Position numbers and translations under genes: made by a program
Assembly: GCF_009914755.1 (NCBI RefSeq)
Contig: NC_060936.1
Strand: one strand, 5' to 3'
Source: the human T2T-CHM13v2.0 reference genome, Homo sapiens
Length of the DNA: 64,000 bases
Notes under the pieces: generated by a model
Database searches by the model: none
What the model saw: the letters and a program-made list of their open reading frames with translations, nothing else
Told to the model about the DNA's origin: nothing
Shown: piece after piece, positions 1 to 14,465 of the stretch
How the letters are laid out: each line of letters opens with the position of its first letter
Position numbering within the stretch: the first letter of the stretch is position 1

Positions 1-450
1 AAAAAGAATGGAGAAATCCCAGTAAAGTCCACATAATGGGTCACCAAGATGCTGGATGATGTGTCAGAGCCCTGGCACTGGGAAGTGGTCGACTCACAGG
101 TTGGTAAAAAGAATTTACCAACAACAGTATAGGTTTGAAAAAGCAAAGTTCATTACAAAGAAAGAACGCTCCAAAAGGGTGCAGCGGGGTGCCTCAGCAA
201 GAGGACTAAACACACTGTGGTGGATTTTCCTTAGGGGTATTTATGACTTTAAGGAGGGAATTTAGGATTGTAAAATGAGTTTTGGCATGGCATTCCAGAG
301 ATGTATAGAAATTTTAGTTACTCATAAAAGTTGAAAGAGGCCTGGAACTAGATGCAAACAGGTGGTCTTTGTTCCTTTCTAAATTCCTCAGATAAGAAGT
401 TTTTGTCTCCAGGACCTCTTCAGTGGTCACCAGGTGATTTTCACTCTCCT
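1..450 (-). mobile_element. ERV1-class LTR fragment, probably with the start of its internal region running off the window edge
   Basis: On the minus strand the LTR-like end ...GGGCTCTGACACATCATCCAGCA is followed by TCTTGGTGACCC (PBS-like TGG start). Family not certain. Confidence 0.45.
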
Positions 451-454
451 CAGT

Positions 455-1070
455 CCCCACACAAATCTCATCTTGAATCGTAATCCCCACTGTATCAAGG
501 GAGGGACCTGGTGGGAGGTGACTGGACCATGGGGGTGGTTTCCCCCATGCTGTACTCGTGATAGTGAGGGAGTTTTCACGAGATCTGATGGTTTTAAAAG
601 CGGCAGTTTCCCCTGCGCACTCTGTCTCTCCTGTTGCCTTGCGAAGAAAGCGTTTGCTTCCCCTCTACTTTCTGCCATGATTTTAAGTTTCCTGAGGCCT
701 CCCCAGCCATGCAGAACTGTGAATCAATTAAGCCTCTTTTGTTTATAAATTACCTATTTTATCTATAAATTGTTTATAAATTATAAGTTTATAATTTATA
801 AATTATAGTATCTTCATATAATTTATATATATAATATATAAAATATATATAATATATATAAATTATATTAAATTTATATAAAGCTAACATGTTTTTTGTG
901 GATACACATAAATATATATTTATATATAAAATGTATATTTATATATTATTATATAACAGCATTTATATATATTATATATTATATATAATTTCTATAATTA
1001 TATTTAATTATATAATTATATAAATTATAAATTATAGTATCTTAATAGCAGTGTGAAAACAGATTAATAC
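455..1070 (+). mobile_element. MaLR LTR (MSTA/THE1D-type) interrupted by an AT-rich expansion
   Basis: CCCCACACAAATCTCATCTTGAAT...GGGAGGGACCTGGTGGGAGG...TTTCCTGAGGCCTCCCCAGCCATGCAGAACTGTGAATCAATTAA; terminal ...GTGTGAAAACAGATTAATACA at 1070. Confidence 0.85.
745..1035. repeat. AT-rich (TA/TAA/TATAA)n low-complexity tract
   Basis: Almost pure A/T degenerate microsatellite within the MaLR LTR. Confidence 0.9.
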
Positions 1071-1071
1071 A

Positions 1072-1131
1072 ATAGCCATATGTAGAAGAATACATCTGGA
1101 TACACATTTCTCAGCATATACAAAAATTAAA
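1072..1131 (+). mobile_element. Short internal L1 ORF2 fragment
   Basis: ATAGCCATATGTAGAAGAAT...CTCAGCATATACAAAAATTAA resembles the 3' part of L1 ORF2. Confidence 0.5.
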
Positions 1132-1149
1132 AGTTCTTGTCCTTGACTT

Positions 1150-1310
1150 GGAAAACTCTGGATTTAAATCTGACCTCTGTCACTTTACTATCTATATGAT
1201 CTTGAGTAAGTTACTTAACCTCTATGAATCAGGATACCTATGTCATAGGGCTACTGTGAGAATTAAATAATGTAATATATGTAAGGGATTGAGTATAGTG
1301 AGCACTCAGT
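1150..1310 (+). mobile_element. MIR SINE
   Basis: MIR core GATCTTGAGTAAGTTACTTAACCTCT...CATAGGGCTACTGTGAGAATTAAATAA. Confidence 0.65.
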
Positions 1311-1529
1311 AACTACAAACAAAAATAGTAGTAAGAGGGGAAAGGTAAATAGAAGCTTGCTAAGAATGGAGGGAGGAAAGTTTGAATGCAAACGTACTAA
1401 GGCAAGAGCACATGGTATCTTCAGGGAACAACAAGAAAAACATAAGACCTGAGCAGAGATTTAATGGGGAAGAATAGTGGAGAGGAAGTTGGTAGGCTGA
1501 TACAAAGGATATCATACTAAAGGTTTAGA

Positions 1530-1825
1530 TTTTTTTTTTTTTTTTGAGATGAAGTCTTGGTGTGTCACCCAGGCCGGAGTGCAGTAGCATGATCTCAGCT
1601 CACTGCAACCTCTGCTGCCCGGTTCAAGCAATTCTCCTGTCTCAGCCTCCTGAGTAGCTGGGCCTATAGGTGCATGCCACCATGCCCAGCTAATTTTTGT
1701 ATTTTTAGTAGAGGCAGGGTTTCACCATATTGGTCAGGCTGGTCTCGAACTCCTGACCTCAGGTATTCACCCGCCTCAGCCTTCCAAAGTGCTGGGATTA
1801 CAGGTGTAAGCCACTGCGCCTGGCC
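1530..1825 (-). mobile_element. Alu (AluS)
   Basis: Full dimer with poly-T; TSD AAGGTTTAGAT(TTT) at 1520 and 1826. Confidence 0.95.
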
Positions 1826-4523
1826 AAGGTTTAGATTTTATTCTATAGTTTATGGGCAGTCTGAAAAATTATGAATGCAAAGGAATACTCTAATGGTAAT
1901 ATGGAAAATTTATTTTCTCAGGGATATATTAATAATGATATTTTCCTTTACATGGTTACTTTAAAAGATTTGCTGCTTCCCTAAGAGTGATTTTTATCAT
2001 TCCTTGGAAGCTAACATATTTTCTGTGGATACATCTGTTTGTTAATAGAGGCAATGAAAAAATTGGACTTGAGATTTTTACATGAAACCTTAAAAAATAT
2101 TTATTCCTTGTACAGAATTATATCTGTTTTCATGTGCAGCCAAGGTCATATGGTATGGATTCAGTGGCAATCGTGAGCCCTTATATTTATAGCACAAGTA
2201 ATAGGATAACAAGGACAGAAGTAAGAAGTAATAGCCTAAATGGACAACCTATAAAGATTACATTTTTGGACACAGCTTTACCTTGGCCATATTTCTGTTC
2301 CATAATGGGTTAAATCCAAATTTACAAAACAACTATGGTATAACAGATTGGAGTGACTGGTGACACAGTCAGTCTAACTGCATGCTCTACAATCAGTCAT
2401 GAAAATAATGAGTATGGACACATAGGCCATGCTTCAATTCTCTGGCTGCCAACTAACATAGCCATGGCATATGGGCAATTGTGGCATTCAAACGTATATA
2501 ATTTAATTGTCTTGATTACAGGTAATAGTAAACAGAAAATAATAGTGCTAAATAACAATACCCTAAACTAATCAGGGCACATCTCTGCAAATCACTTCAC
2601 TGCACTGCTGTACAGACTGTTCCCTATCTTAAAAATTATAAGACATCCCAAATTACCGTGCAGTATTCATCATCAAACTGCTATTTGATAATTGTTATTA
2701 CATCAAAGACCAGAGACAAAGATCAAAGAATAAGAACTACAGTTGTCTCAGCCTACATATTGAAGCCCATCCCAATTCTCACTAACTTTCCGCGTTGCCT
2801 GTACACCACAGTGATAAATGTCTCAGGCATCTAGATATGGATTTTAACTCTGGAGGAAAGCAAAAGTTTTCTTGTGGACCCCATTTATTTTGTAATAAAG
2901 GTTGTGTTATTTGTAGGTCTTAGTAGTCCTAATTTCTACAAAGTTCTATAGGAAATAAAAGGATAAAAAGAGACTTTAAAGAGACCTTGATCCCAGCTCC
3001 TAGATCTTTCTGGCAATCATTCACTCTGGGTTCTGCCATCACAAAGGACCTTATCTAAGAGTCCAGCCAGTCTGATCAAATAGCTCTTCTTTAAATGTCT
3101 GATACATTTGCACATGCAATTCCTTTCTTACCACAATCCTCACTCTTCAGCACAGATATTTACTTGGCAAAGGCCCTGTTATTGATCAAGAGCCAGTTCA
3201 AGTGTCTCCTTCTCTATTTTCTAAGAGACAATTTAAAACCCTCATAGGAGACCTCTACTTTTGCACTTATCACACCATGTCATAATAATTTGCTTGAAAT
3301 ATTTTTCTCATTTATCAGGCTATAAACATTTATTTTTATAATCTCAACTCCCATTAAAATGTCTGCTGCAAGGTGAGTGCTTAATAAATATTTTTCTGTT
3401 TATTTATGCTATGTCTTCTTTCAAAAAGAATTGAGTATGGAATACATAGATGCATTTAGTGGAATGAGATTTTTTCTAAAAAAAGAAAGCAAAGAAAAAG
3501 TGTTTAACAGATTGACTGACTAAAGATCTAAAAAAAATAATTAATGTTCAGGAATTTAGGAGTGGTATGTTTTTCCCAATTTTAGAATCAATAGGGGAGA
3601 AAATAAGAATTAAAAAAAAAAAAACCTTCCTTAAAACTTTAAGCCTGCACACTTTATGTGAAATATAAAAAGGTTATTTAAACTTTAAATCACTGGAAGA
3701 AATAAAGTAAATTCTTTTGATTATTGTAAATGTTTGTTCTGTGCTTAAGTCACCAGTCTCCATTTTTGCCATTCACATCTAAGCTTCAACATTTTAATTA
3801 AACGGCTAAGCAGTTGAATCATATGTCTAATAACATCAAAAACTATCTTCTACACCTATTAACAAACTCAATACAAAGGCAGCCCTGCTCAGAATAGGAA
3901 AGTAGGCAGTTTGTCGTGGTGTTTGCCTCTCTTCCATATTAGGGACTCTTCCAGGGCATAGGTTAAACACAAATAATTTTCTAAGAGACAACTTAAAACA
4001 AGAGAACAGCAATTAAAAGCAAATAACTAAGAAGGAAATGAAGAAAAAAAGATAACATAACTATATCAGAAAAACCAGTCTGAGAGAGGCTACCACAATT
4101 GAAAACAGAACTAAGCACGAAGCTTTCTGGCAAAAAAAGAAAATACATAGGCAGAGTGTGGCGAGTGAATCATATAAGATAATTAAAGAAAGTACAAGAT
4201 CATCAAAATAAACACTTTCAGAGTTCTGAAAATTATTTACCTTTTTGTAATATTGATGATATTTTCCATAGAAGTGATAAAACCTTCAGAGATGCTCTTC
4301 CTTTGGCAATTTCTTATATCAGTTTAATTCCTCATTTCAGTTTCACACACCCTCTGTACTCTCTCAACAATCCATATCTTTTTATACACCATTTCCTCTG
4401 AGTATAATGCTTTTCCTTGTTCATCCTTGCCTGGATTGCTCCTTACTGATCCTAAGGTGTCAGTCACTGTAGGAAACCTTTTGTCATTCATCTCCCTCCC
4501 TGGTTGTTCACAGGGGTGTTGAG

Positions 4524-4601
4524 GTCTCTCTCTCTATCTCTCTCACACACACACACGCACACACGCTTGAAAGCGCACACATGCGTACACACACACACAC
4601 A
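4524..4601. repeat. (TC)n-(CA)n compound microsatellite
   Basis: TCTCTCTCTC...CACACACAC...CACACACAC. Confidence 0.85.
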
Positions 4602-4697
4602 GGCATAGGCTAAGTATCGCTTATCATGCTACCATAGCATCTTGGGCATACAGCTATCCTAACATTTGCAGATGCTATGCATAAAAAGTAGTTTATG

Positions 4698-5005
4698 GGC
4701 TGGTGGTGGTGGCTCACGCCTGTATTTCAGCACTTTGGGAGGCCGAGGCTGGGGGATCACTTGAGGTCAGGAGTTTGAGATCAGCCTGGCCAACATAGTG
4801 AAACACCGTGTCTACTAAAAATACAAAAATTAGCCAGGCGTGATGGCATGTGCCTGTAATTCCAGCACAAGGGAGGCTGAGGCAGGAGAATTGCTTGAAC
4901 CTGGGAGGAGGAGGTTGCAGTGAGCCAAGGTTGTGCCTCTGCACTCGAGCCTGGGTGACGGAGTGAGATTCTGTCAAAAAAAAAAAAAAAGAAAGAAAAG
5001 AAAAG
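4698..5005 (+). mobile_element. Alu (AluS)
   Basis: Full dimer, A-rich tail, flanking AGTTTATG duplication. Confidence 0.95.
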
Positions 5006-6480
5006 AAGTTTATGAATGAACAGGAGAAAGTTGACTGTTGCTTGTGGCACTTATTCCTTGTCACGCTCTTCCTAGTAGCCCTTAGTTTCTTTATCTTTAC
5101 AATGAAGGATTGGGCTTGGGGTCTTTAAAGATCCCTTCCAATTTAATTATTATATGATGATGTTTATTGTTTTGTTTAAAGAATTTAAGATGGCTGAAGT
5201 AGCAGTAAGGAAACTAGCAGAAATAATAACAGGGAGACAAAAGCAGACACAAAAAAAGCGCTAACCATGACCTATGTCATCTATGGCCAGAAGAGTCAAA
5301 CAAACAAAAAACCCTTGGCCTATTAGGAAGATTTTGTCATATTCCAGGATTAAGTGAAATCATTATACAAAGTGCCTAGCACAGTGCTTGCTAGTTCTGT
5401 ATCCCTTTCTTATTCCCTGCATGGTAGGATTGACTAAAAGAAAGAAGTGGTCTAGGGATCATATAAAAGGCATAAAAATATCCCTACTAAGCAGGAACAA
5501 AGGTATTAGGAAAAGTAAAGATTAAAAACACAAAAATTATTATTAATAATATTTGTACAGCACTCTTCAATCTAAGTACTTTAATATAAATTAATGCCCT
5601 TGTGTTTTACTAATTAACTATAAGTATTTTTAATTATTATTTCTTTAATTGTAATATTTTCTAAAATTCTACAATTCTGTAGATTCTAAAATTCTGTAAT
5701 ATTCTAAAATATTGACTTGTCAAAAGATAAACCAATAGATCATAGTTTATACTAATAATTTCTATTAATATTATAGCATTGGGAATTAATATGCTATGCT
5801 ATGCAACTTTCAGCATGAGGGTTAGGATACGAAGTCACAGGAAAGAGCAAGATGTTATTGGTTTCTACTTTGCTGAAAGCGTAAAAATAGTTCAACTCTT
5901 TTGGAGCTTTAATTTAACCTAATTGTTATCTAATTTTATAGTAGCAAAGTTTCTCATTTAGCTGCTATCTTCTTTTACCAAAATGAGCATTCAGATGAAA
6001 AAGCTTACACTATCTTTTCAGCCTGGGTTTTTTGCTTTGTTTTATATTTAATATTTATATTAAATATTTGCAGCAGGCATAAATTTTTTAAGTACATGAA
6101 AATAGCACAAATAACTTAAATCCCATATCAAGTCTATTCCAGTTGATAGAAGCAGATGGTGAAAATGGGAAATTTGAGGTCTTAAAATACAGTTTTAAAC
6201 AGCTAAGATATTGCCAGTTGGTTTTAGATAACTTTGGGTTGTACAAATAGAAAAATATTTGTTTAGGTTTAAATTGTTCTTTCTTCCATTGAGATTTTAT
6301 TTAGTGATATCATAATTATTAATCCATTTCACATTTCTAGTCTTGAAACTTAATTTTCTAGAAATTTTATTAAAGTACAGGTACATTAGATTGGAAGAAA
6401 TAGCAAATTGATTGTAGTTTTAAAAGCAATTTACTAGCAGAAAATATTCAGCAGAGAAAACATCTAAATCTAGGAGAGCA

Positions 6481-6882
6481 TGTTAATCCATTTTGTGTTG
6501 CTATACAGTAATACATGAAACTGGGCAACATACACAGAAAAAATATTTATTTGGCTTAAAGTTCTACAGGCTGTACACAAAGCATGGCACCAGCATCTGC
6601 TTCTTGCAAGGGACTCAGAAAGCTTACAATCATGGCAGAAGGTGAAGAGGGAGGAGGCATGTCACACACTGAGAGAGCGAGCAAGAGAGAGGGGGAGGTG
6701 ACACACTCTTTTTAAACAACCAGATATCAAGTGAACTCAGAGTGAGAACTCACTCATTACCTCAAGGAGGGCACCAAGCGATTTATGATGAATCTGCCTG
6801 CCAAATACCTCCCACCAGGCTCCACCTCCAACTAAATCACATTTCAACGTGAGATTTAGAGGAGACACACAAAACCATATCA
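6481..6882 (-). mobile_element. MaLR LTR (MSTA/MSTB)
   Basis: ...AAGCATGGCACCAGCATCTGCTTC...CTTACAATCATGGCAGAAGGTGAAG...GAGAACTCACTCATTAC...AAAACCATATCA. Confidence 0.85.
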
Positions 6883-7629
6883 GAGATATTAAACAGAGCA
6901 CAAGTATGTTTACCTTTAATGTCGTGCATTATAATCTGATTTAAAATGTAAAAGTATAGGGCAATAAGCTTTAAAAAATAAGTAGCCAGAATTTCACACT
7001 ATTTTTAACCTCCTCATTCCCTAAATCATAGCAATAATCTTATCCAAAGATAAAACCATTTTGCAGAATGCAAACATTATATGCCTTCTCCCTCTCTTCA
7101 TGTTTTTAGCCCAGAACATAGAAAAAAATTAAATTCTATCCAAGATGGAGACAGGGGCATTGTGAGTCTTGAGAAGAAACACTTTAATACCTCTGGGCTC
7201 ACAGTGGCCATTGGGATGAGGAGTTACTCATCTGATCAGTCAGAATCTGACTTTTATGGAGCTACATTTGCTAGTATATAGTAAAGTCACATTAAAGGTC
7301 AATGTTCATGCATAGCATGTCCTCTTGGCCTCTGTTTTACTTCCTGGATTTGTATTATCAGTATAATAAGAAAGCCAAAGCTTGGTCCTTTTACCCACAT
7401 GTGGAAGGAGGCTAGCTCTTTCTTCTCTGTTCTCTTTTCAATGTAGTAGTAAAATATATTTTAAAATCTTGTTTGTATCCAAAATTTTAATTTTGCATCT
7501 TTATTTTCTAAATTAAGGCAGCTATTTATGAATAAGATAACATTTTAAAAATCATCAATGTTAAAATATGCTGAAACATTTTGCTTTATCATTCATACAG
7601 AGTAAATCTCTGTATAATAATTAAGCATT

Positions 7630-7668
7630 GTACAGCAACAGCAGTACTAAGAGAGAAATTCATAGCAG
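7630..7668 (+). mobile_element. 5' stub of the L1 that the MER4 provirus split (continues at 16380)
   Basis: TACAGCAACAGCAGTACTAAGAGAGAAATTCATAGCAG joins TAAATGCATACAT (16380) to restore contiguous L1 ORF2 sequence. Confidence 0.75.
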
Positions 7669-8208
7669 CGTGAAAGGAAAATAAATCTTGGGACGCCCCA
7701 AATCACTAAACCAAAGCAAAAATCAACCTGGGACCTGCTTAGGGTAAACCTGTCTCCTATTCTATTTCTAAAAAAGATAGCTACTAAGATTAAAAAGCTA
7801 CATACTTCCTTCACAAGGAATTTCCTTGTGGACAAAGAACAGACAAAATTCAAAGTCATCCCTCTGCTCACTGAGATAAATGCATATCTGATGGCCTTCT
7901 TTGGAAAGGCTACTCAGAAACTGAAAAGAATGCAACCATTTGTCTCTTACCTACCTATGATCTGGAAGCCCCCTTCTCTCTTTCCCACTTCAAGTTGTCC
8001 CACTTTTCCAGATGGAGCCAATGTACATCTTACATATATTGATTGATGTCTCATGTCTTCCTATAATGTATAAAACCAAGCTGTGCCTTGATCATGTTGG
8101 GCACATTTCAGGACCTCCTGAGGCTATGTCATGGGCAAGTGTCTTTAACTTTGGCAAAATAAACTTCCTAAATTGACTGAGACCTGTCTCAGATATTTGG
8201 GGTTTACA
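7669..8208 (+). mobile_element. MER4A/MER4A1-type 5' LTR (ERV1)
   Basis: (C)GTGAAAGGAAAATAAATCTTGGG...GGGGTTTACA; direct repeat of 15846-16375; GCAG TSD at 7665-7668. Confidence 0.9.
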
Positions 8209-8210
8209 TT

Positions 8211-8228
8211 TGGTAACCATGAAGGGAT
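8211..8228 (+). promoter_or_regulatory. Retroviral primer-binding site, tRNA-Arg(TCG)-like
   Basis: TGGTAACCATGAAGGGAT(TC), 2 nt after the LTR, is complementary to a recalled tRNA-Arg(TCG) 3' end ...GAATCCCTTCGTGGTTA-CCA with one CpG-type mismatch. Confidence 0.75.
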
Positions 8229-10629
8229 TCTGAGTGGAAGTGCTCCTTACCTTTGACAAGTTCCCTATGGGTGCTTGGTACCAGCTTGAGCTATTTTTAT
8301 GACTCCAAACAACAGGACAATTTGCTGAGGTCTGGGAGCATCCCCTCCAGAGAATCCCTGATCTCCCCAAATTTGGTTGAGGTCTAACTTTATTTTGCTT
8401 TACAACTCCTTTCTTTTGGAATTGTACTTGCTTCCAACAAAGAAGGCAAGTTTTCCTGTTTCCATGATGATGGAAGGCAGGTAACTCCTTTCTGGAGATT
8501 GAGCTCACTTCCAACAGGCAAGGTGAGTTTGAGTTTCTTCATGCTTCTAGGATGGTAGAGAGTAGTCTTCAGCCTGAGAGCCATCCCTAGGGAAGTAGCT
8601 GAATTGGGGTTTTCCTGGCTAAAGTTAAGTTTAACAACCAGCTGGTCTTAATTTCTCCTTACCACCCAAGTGCTCATAATCATATTGGGGAGATTCATTT
8701 TGTTGTTTGTTCCTGTCTTACTCCTGTCAAATTTGACCAACTCTACCTGACTTGGTCAAATCTGAATGATAATTCCAAATTACGGGTAACAAGGAAGGCC
8801 TCTCTGAATTCACTAAAATTCCTTGCAGCTGCAAACAAGGAAAAAGAAAACAAAACCAACCAAACAAACAAAAAAACATGTGCTTGGTATCTGTGTTTGT
8901 TTCAGGTCTAAGAAAATTTTTCTTTCTTTTACTTTTCTTCCACCCTGTACCTTCTTCCCCTTTGCCACCTTCAGTACTGAGAAAAATTTAGAGAGAAGGC
9001 TTCTAACGACTCAAACCCTTTACATAACTCAGAACAAAGATATCACTCACCCCTTTTGGGGTATTCTGTTTTCTTTGTGGAGTTTTAAGAGTCATGGGCA
9101 GATTCTTCTTAGGTCTAAAACTCTGCTTTCCCGTATTGCATTACCTGACCTCTTTAGTTTTGAGGGTACCAGAGATTATCTTGTACTGCGATAGGATTTA
9201 GCCTTGGTGTGTGTAATGCAGAATGAAAGGTATGAAGTTAGGGGAGGCTGAGGACAATTTACAGGAAATGGTCTTGGCTGTTTTTTGTTTTCTTTTCCTC
9301 TCCTAGGAAGTCATTGTTTAGGGATCCAACTTCTAGTTCAGGGATGCGTTCTTAAGGGGCTTCTCCATTGCTTTTTCTCCCAAAATTAATCTCGATTTGG
9401 CTTGTCTGTGTGCATTTGCTAAGGAACTGAACTGTTGTTTTCATAGGTAAATAAGAGACTGAGTTTCCTCAGCTCTGAAGAAAAAGGGTATTCCGCCCCT
9501 CCCAGCTGAAATGCACCCCTGGATGACCTGAGGGACTCATGGGAACGTCTGGGGAGTTGACACCCTGCGATGTGTAGTGGTCCTACAGGAACTCTGAAAA
9601 AAATTAGTTTTTAAAAGCCTTATCTAGGAAGTTCATATGGGCATGGTCACTCAGCACTTTGAGCCCTCCTGGAGGTGCTTAGACCTCCAGAGAGAGAAAC
9701 AGTGACAAGTAAGAGGGCAGTAACAACTCAGTAGTAACACACGGTGAAGTCCTGCCTGCAACCAGCACACACTCTGACCCACTCTACAAGAACCCTAGAC
9801 CACAGCTCAGTTCCTCCTTTTAAGAAAAAACAAAAAGCAAAACAAAAATAGAAAAGTGGGAAACAAATAAGAATGAGGAGCAAACAAGGAGAATGACCCG
9901 CCTTTTGGGCACTCCATTGGTTTTATAGCATCTCTACTTGCTACAGTTTGTGTAAAATGGAAATATCATGGTCTTTGTGCACATCTACATCAAGGAAAAA
10001 GAGCCCTAAGGTTGACCTGCAAACTATAGAGTTCCTAAGTTATCTTTTTTCCTATTTTCTTTTCTGCCTGCTTTAAAGCTGCTGTTACTTTTCTATGATA
10101 AAATCCACAGTTTGCATCCAGCCATTTCTTTTTTTGCAAACCAATGAGTTTGTATTAATATATCATGGCTAGAGTTATGAAGTAAAAGCTATATGATCTT
10201 TGGTTCTATGAGGGTGTGAGTGTGTATGTATGTGTTTATGTTTATGTACAAGTGTTTTGGCCACAAGGTAGTAAATTGACTTAAAGAGCACTCATAAATT
10301 AAATAAAATTAAATAATAAACCCAAATGCTTCTCAAGTTCACATGACTTAAGTAAAATCTTTTATAAGCTAGCTATAAAATTACTGGTAAAGTAATATTA
10401 GAAATGTCTTAAGAATTGCCAGCATACATTTTGTTTGCATTTATTCATCAAGCAATTTCATACTTATCCCTGCCAAATACTATAAGGTGTCAACATTTGG
10501 CATAAGGATTATAAAATTATAACCCCAACCCCAAACGGAATGATTTTTGCTTGTGTAATTTTTGATAAATAAAGACATTAATACTGGTTTAATGAAAATA
10601 ACTAAATCTTGAATTATTTTGTAAGTAAC

Positions 10630-10993
10630 TGATATGATTTGGCTTTGTGTCCCCACCTAAATTCATCTCAGATTGTAATCCTCATATGTCAAGGGAGGGA
10701 CCTGGTGGGAGATGATTGGATTATGGGCGTGGTTTCCCCCATGCTGTATTCATGATAGTGCAGAAGTGCTCATGAGATCTGATGGTTTAAAAGTGGCAGT
10801 TTCCCCTGTGCTGTCTCTCTCTCTTGCCTCCTACCATGTAAGACATGCCTTGCTTCCCCTTCACCTTCCACCATGATTGTAAGTTTCCTGAGGCCTCTCC
10901 AGCCATGTGGAACTGTGAGTCAATTAAACCCTTTTGTTTATAAATTACCTCTCAGGTAGTAGCTTTATAACAGTGTGAGAACAAACTAATACA
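10630..10993 (+). mobile_element. MaLR solo LTR (MSTA-type) nested in MER4-int
   Basis: TGATATGATTTGGC...AACTAATACA; 5-bp TSD GTAAC/ATAAC. Confidence 0.9.
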
Positions 10994-11077
10994 ATAACCA
11001 TATATTTAATTTTAAGGTTCTTACTTAAACAAACACCTGAAAATCACAGGCTATCAAATGGTTGACAGGGAAATAAC

Positions 11078-12105
<1,028 letters not shown>

Positions 12106-14465
12106 TAACTTTAAATGAGAACTTTCACAGTTTTCATAAATAATCTAGGTAAATTATTAACATAAAATAACTAGGTAAATGTAATGGGATAACTACTTGG
12201 AAACAAATGTCATAATTTAGAATCTAAAGTTAAATTAAATAATGAATAGTTTGTTAATTGGATATTTTCCAATAAAAAAAATCATAAGAAAACATTCTTT
12301 CTAAAAATGTGTGTTCTTATAAAAAGGTAAAAATGTTTGCCATTCAAAGCTTATTTAAAGGTTATATATAAAACAAGGTAAAAGGAACCAGGAAATGAGA
12401 GAGATATAAAGAAAGTTATAGAGATAAAGAGGTATCATTGGTAAGAAAGCTTAAAGAAAAATAATTTTATATGAGAAATAATCTTGTGTGGTAAATTTTG
12501 TCCTCTAATAGAATAACTGGTTGTTTAAGAAAGATGTTCAGGACAAACTAGAAAGTCTAAGCATGTCATGAATGGTCTGTGTAAGTCATAATGAGAGGAT
12601 TATGAAAAAAATTATATGGTCAAATTGTCTCTAATTAAAGAGAAATTATAATGGTCCTTCTAGAGGTTGGGTTTGATTTTAAAAACTTAAACACTGAGGA
12701 ATTTCTTCAAATATGTAAACTTCTTAAGGTATTGCTTTACTCTTAATAAATTACAAGACATTATAATTTTTTATGCAAAGTTCAACTTTTATTGTGTCTT
12801 GTTGTTTTCAGCTTTCTCTCCCCTTTTAAGAGGCCTGAAATGGTAACTCTATCCATCAACTCATTTTCAGCTCCTGTGAGTTGTTTTTTTTTCCTTTAGG
12901 TTCTAATTGTTGTGGCCTGACACTGAAAAACAACAAACAAGTCATATCTTAAGGAAGAAGGAAGGTTGGAAGGAAATGTTTCCTTCCAACATAATATTCC
13001 CTATAGGGAATAGCAGGTAAACTGCAGGAGGTCTTTTCTTTTGCCTTTGGGTAACTGGCCTAATAAATAGATCTTAGCTTTATTGAAATAATTCCTATGT
13101 CGTTATTACTAAGTTTGGTTTGCTTAGGAAAAACTGAGATTAATTTTTTTTTTTGAATTGAGGTTATTACATCCATGTAACTTTCTGTATGTGCTTTTAA
13201 AGTCCTTGTGCCATAAGTTATAGGGCTTTGACTCCTGGGTCTAAAAAGGACACCAAGTCCTGCTAAATCTTAACGCTGATAGCAGTTAAAGCCTCATATT
13301 CAAACCCAGTAGAAGATGCCAATCAAAATAAACTTCGTTCATGAAACACAGGGCCAAAAATTAAAGCCATTCAACTCCTCAGGGCCCAGGGACTATCACA
13401 GAAGAGGTGGGTGCATGAGATTATAGGGGCCAATTTTGAGAGATGAAATAAATTCATTCATAAGTTCATTCATTCTCTATGAATTAACCGTTAATGTCAA
13501 AGGCACACTGATGTAAAACTAGCATATGGGCCCCTCTGTCAGATTAACAAGGTTTTCTTGAAGAATTAACCCACTCCTTAATAGAGGTTATAAAGGCTTA
13601 TGGAAATTATATCTTATCATTGATGACTAAAATGTTATAGATTGTTTATAAATTTTTGAAAAACAAAACTAATTGTCCTCTTGCTATTTTTATTAAGGCT
13701 TATTGTTTGTAAAATTAACTCTCCTCTCTCAAAGGATAAACGTTTTTGGCTTTTGGTGGTAATCTTTGAGTTATCACTTTGGTTAAATAAATGACTTATT
13801 TTACAATGACCTGTGATCCTATTTTGTGATATCAGTGTTTTAAACCTTTGATACTTGACAAACTTTCCAAAATCAAATGATAAATTATGTATTTTTTCTG
13901 ACATAATTAATCCTTTAAGATATTAGTTTCCCTAAAGTCCAAAAATGACATATTTGGCTTATTCGATATAAAAATCTTACTGGAAGCATTGTCAAATATG
14001 AAATGGTGTTTGGCTTTGTTTGGGTTTTATTTGTATAAATATTTTATTGGCATGTGTTCCAAAATTATGAGAAACACCTATAATTCTGATACAACTTAGT
14101 GTACATTATCAGTAATAATTATAATTGTTATGCTAAATTATTATTTACCACAGAGGTAACAAATTTCCTTGTCAATTTTGTCTTTGACTGTGGCTGCCCT
14201 AACACTTTTTGTCAGCTATGGACATTTGTTGTTTGGTTTTGGTCCTCTTTAGAAGGTAGTTTTATAATCAGCTATGAAACTCTAACAGGTGTTCTTGAAT
14301 GCAAGGTTCTGATAACTTTGGAGATTGTGACATTAGAAGAAAAACTTTCAGGAGTCTCATGGAGAGCTTGAATGTTCATGAATATCAAGCAGAACATGCA
14401 TGGCCTGAACTAAGAGAAGACTGAAGTAATCATTTTTGACTTTTTTGCTTACAACATTGCCGATC

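Noticed and set aside
4714-5064. Antisense Alu ORFs (also at 26559, 28431, 38730 and 56112)
   Set aside because: They are typical Alu-translation artefacts ([22 protein letters not shown]).
5655-5715. Degenerate ATTCTA(AA) repeats
   Set aside because: Ordinary AT-rich slippage repeat with no further structure.
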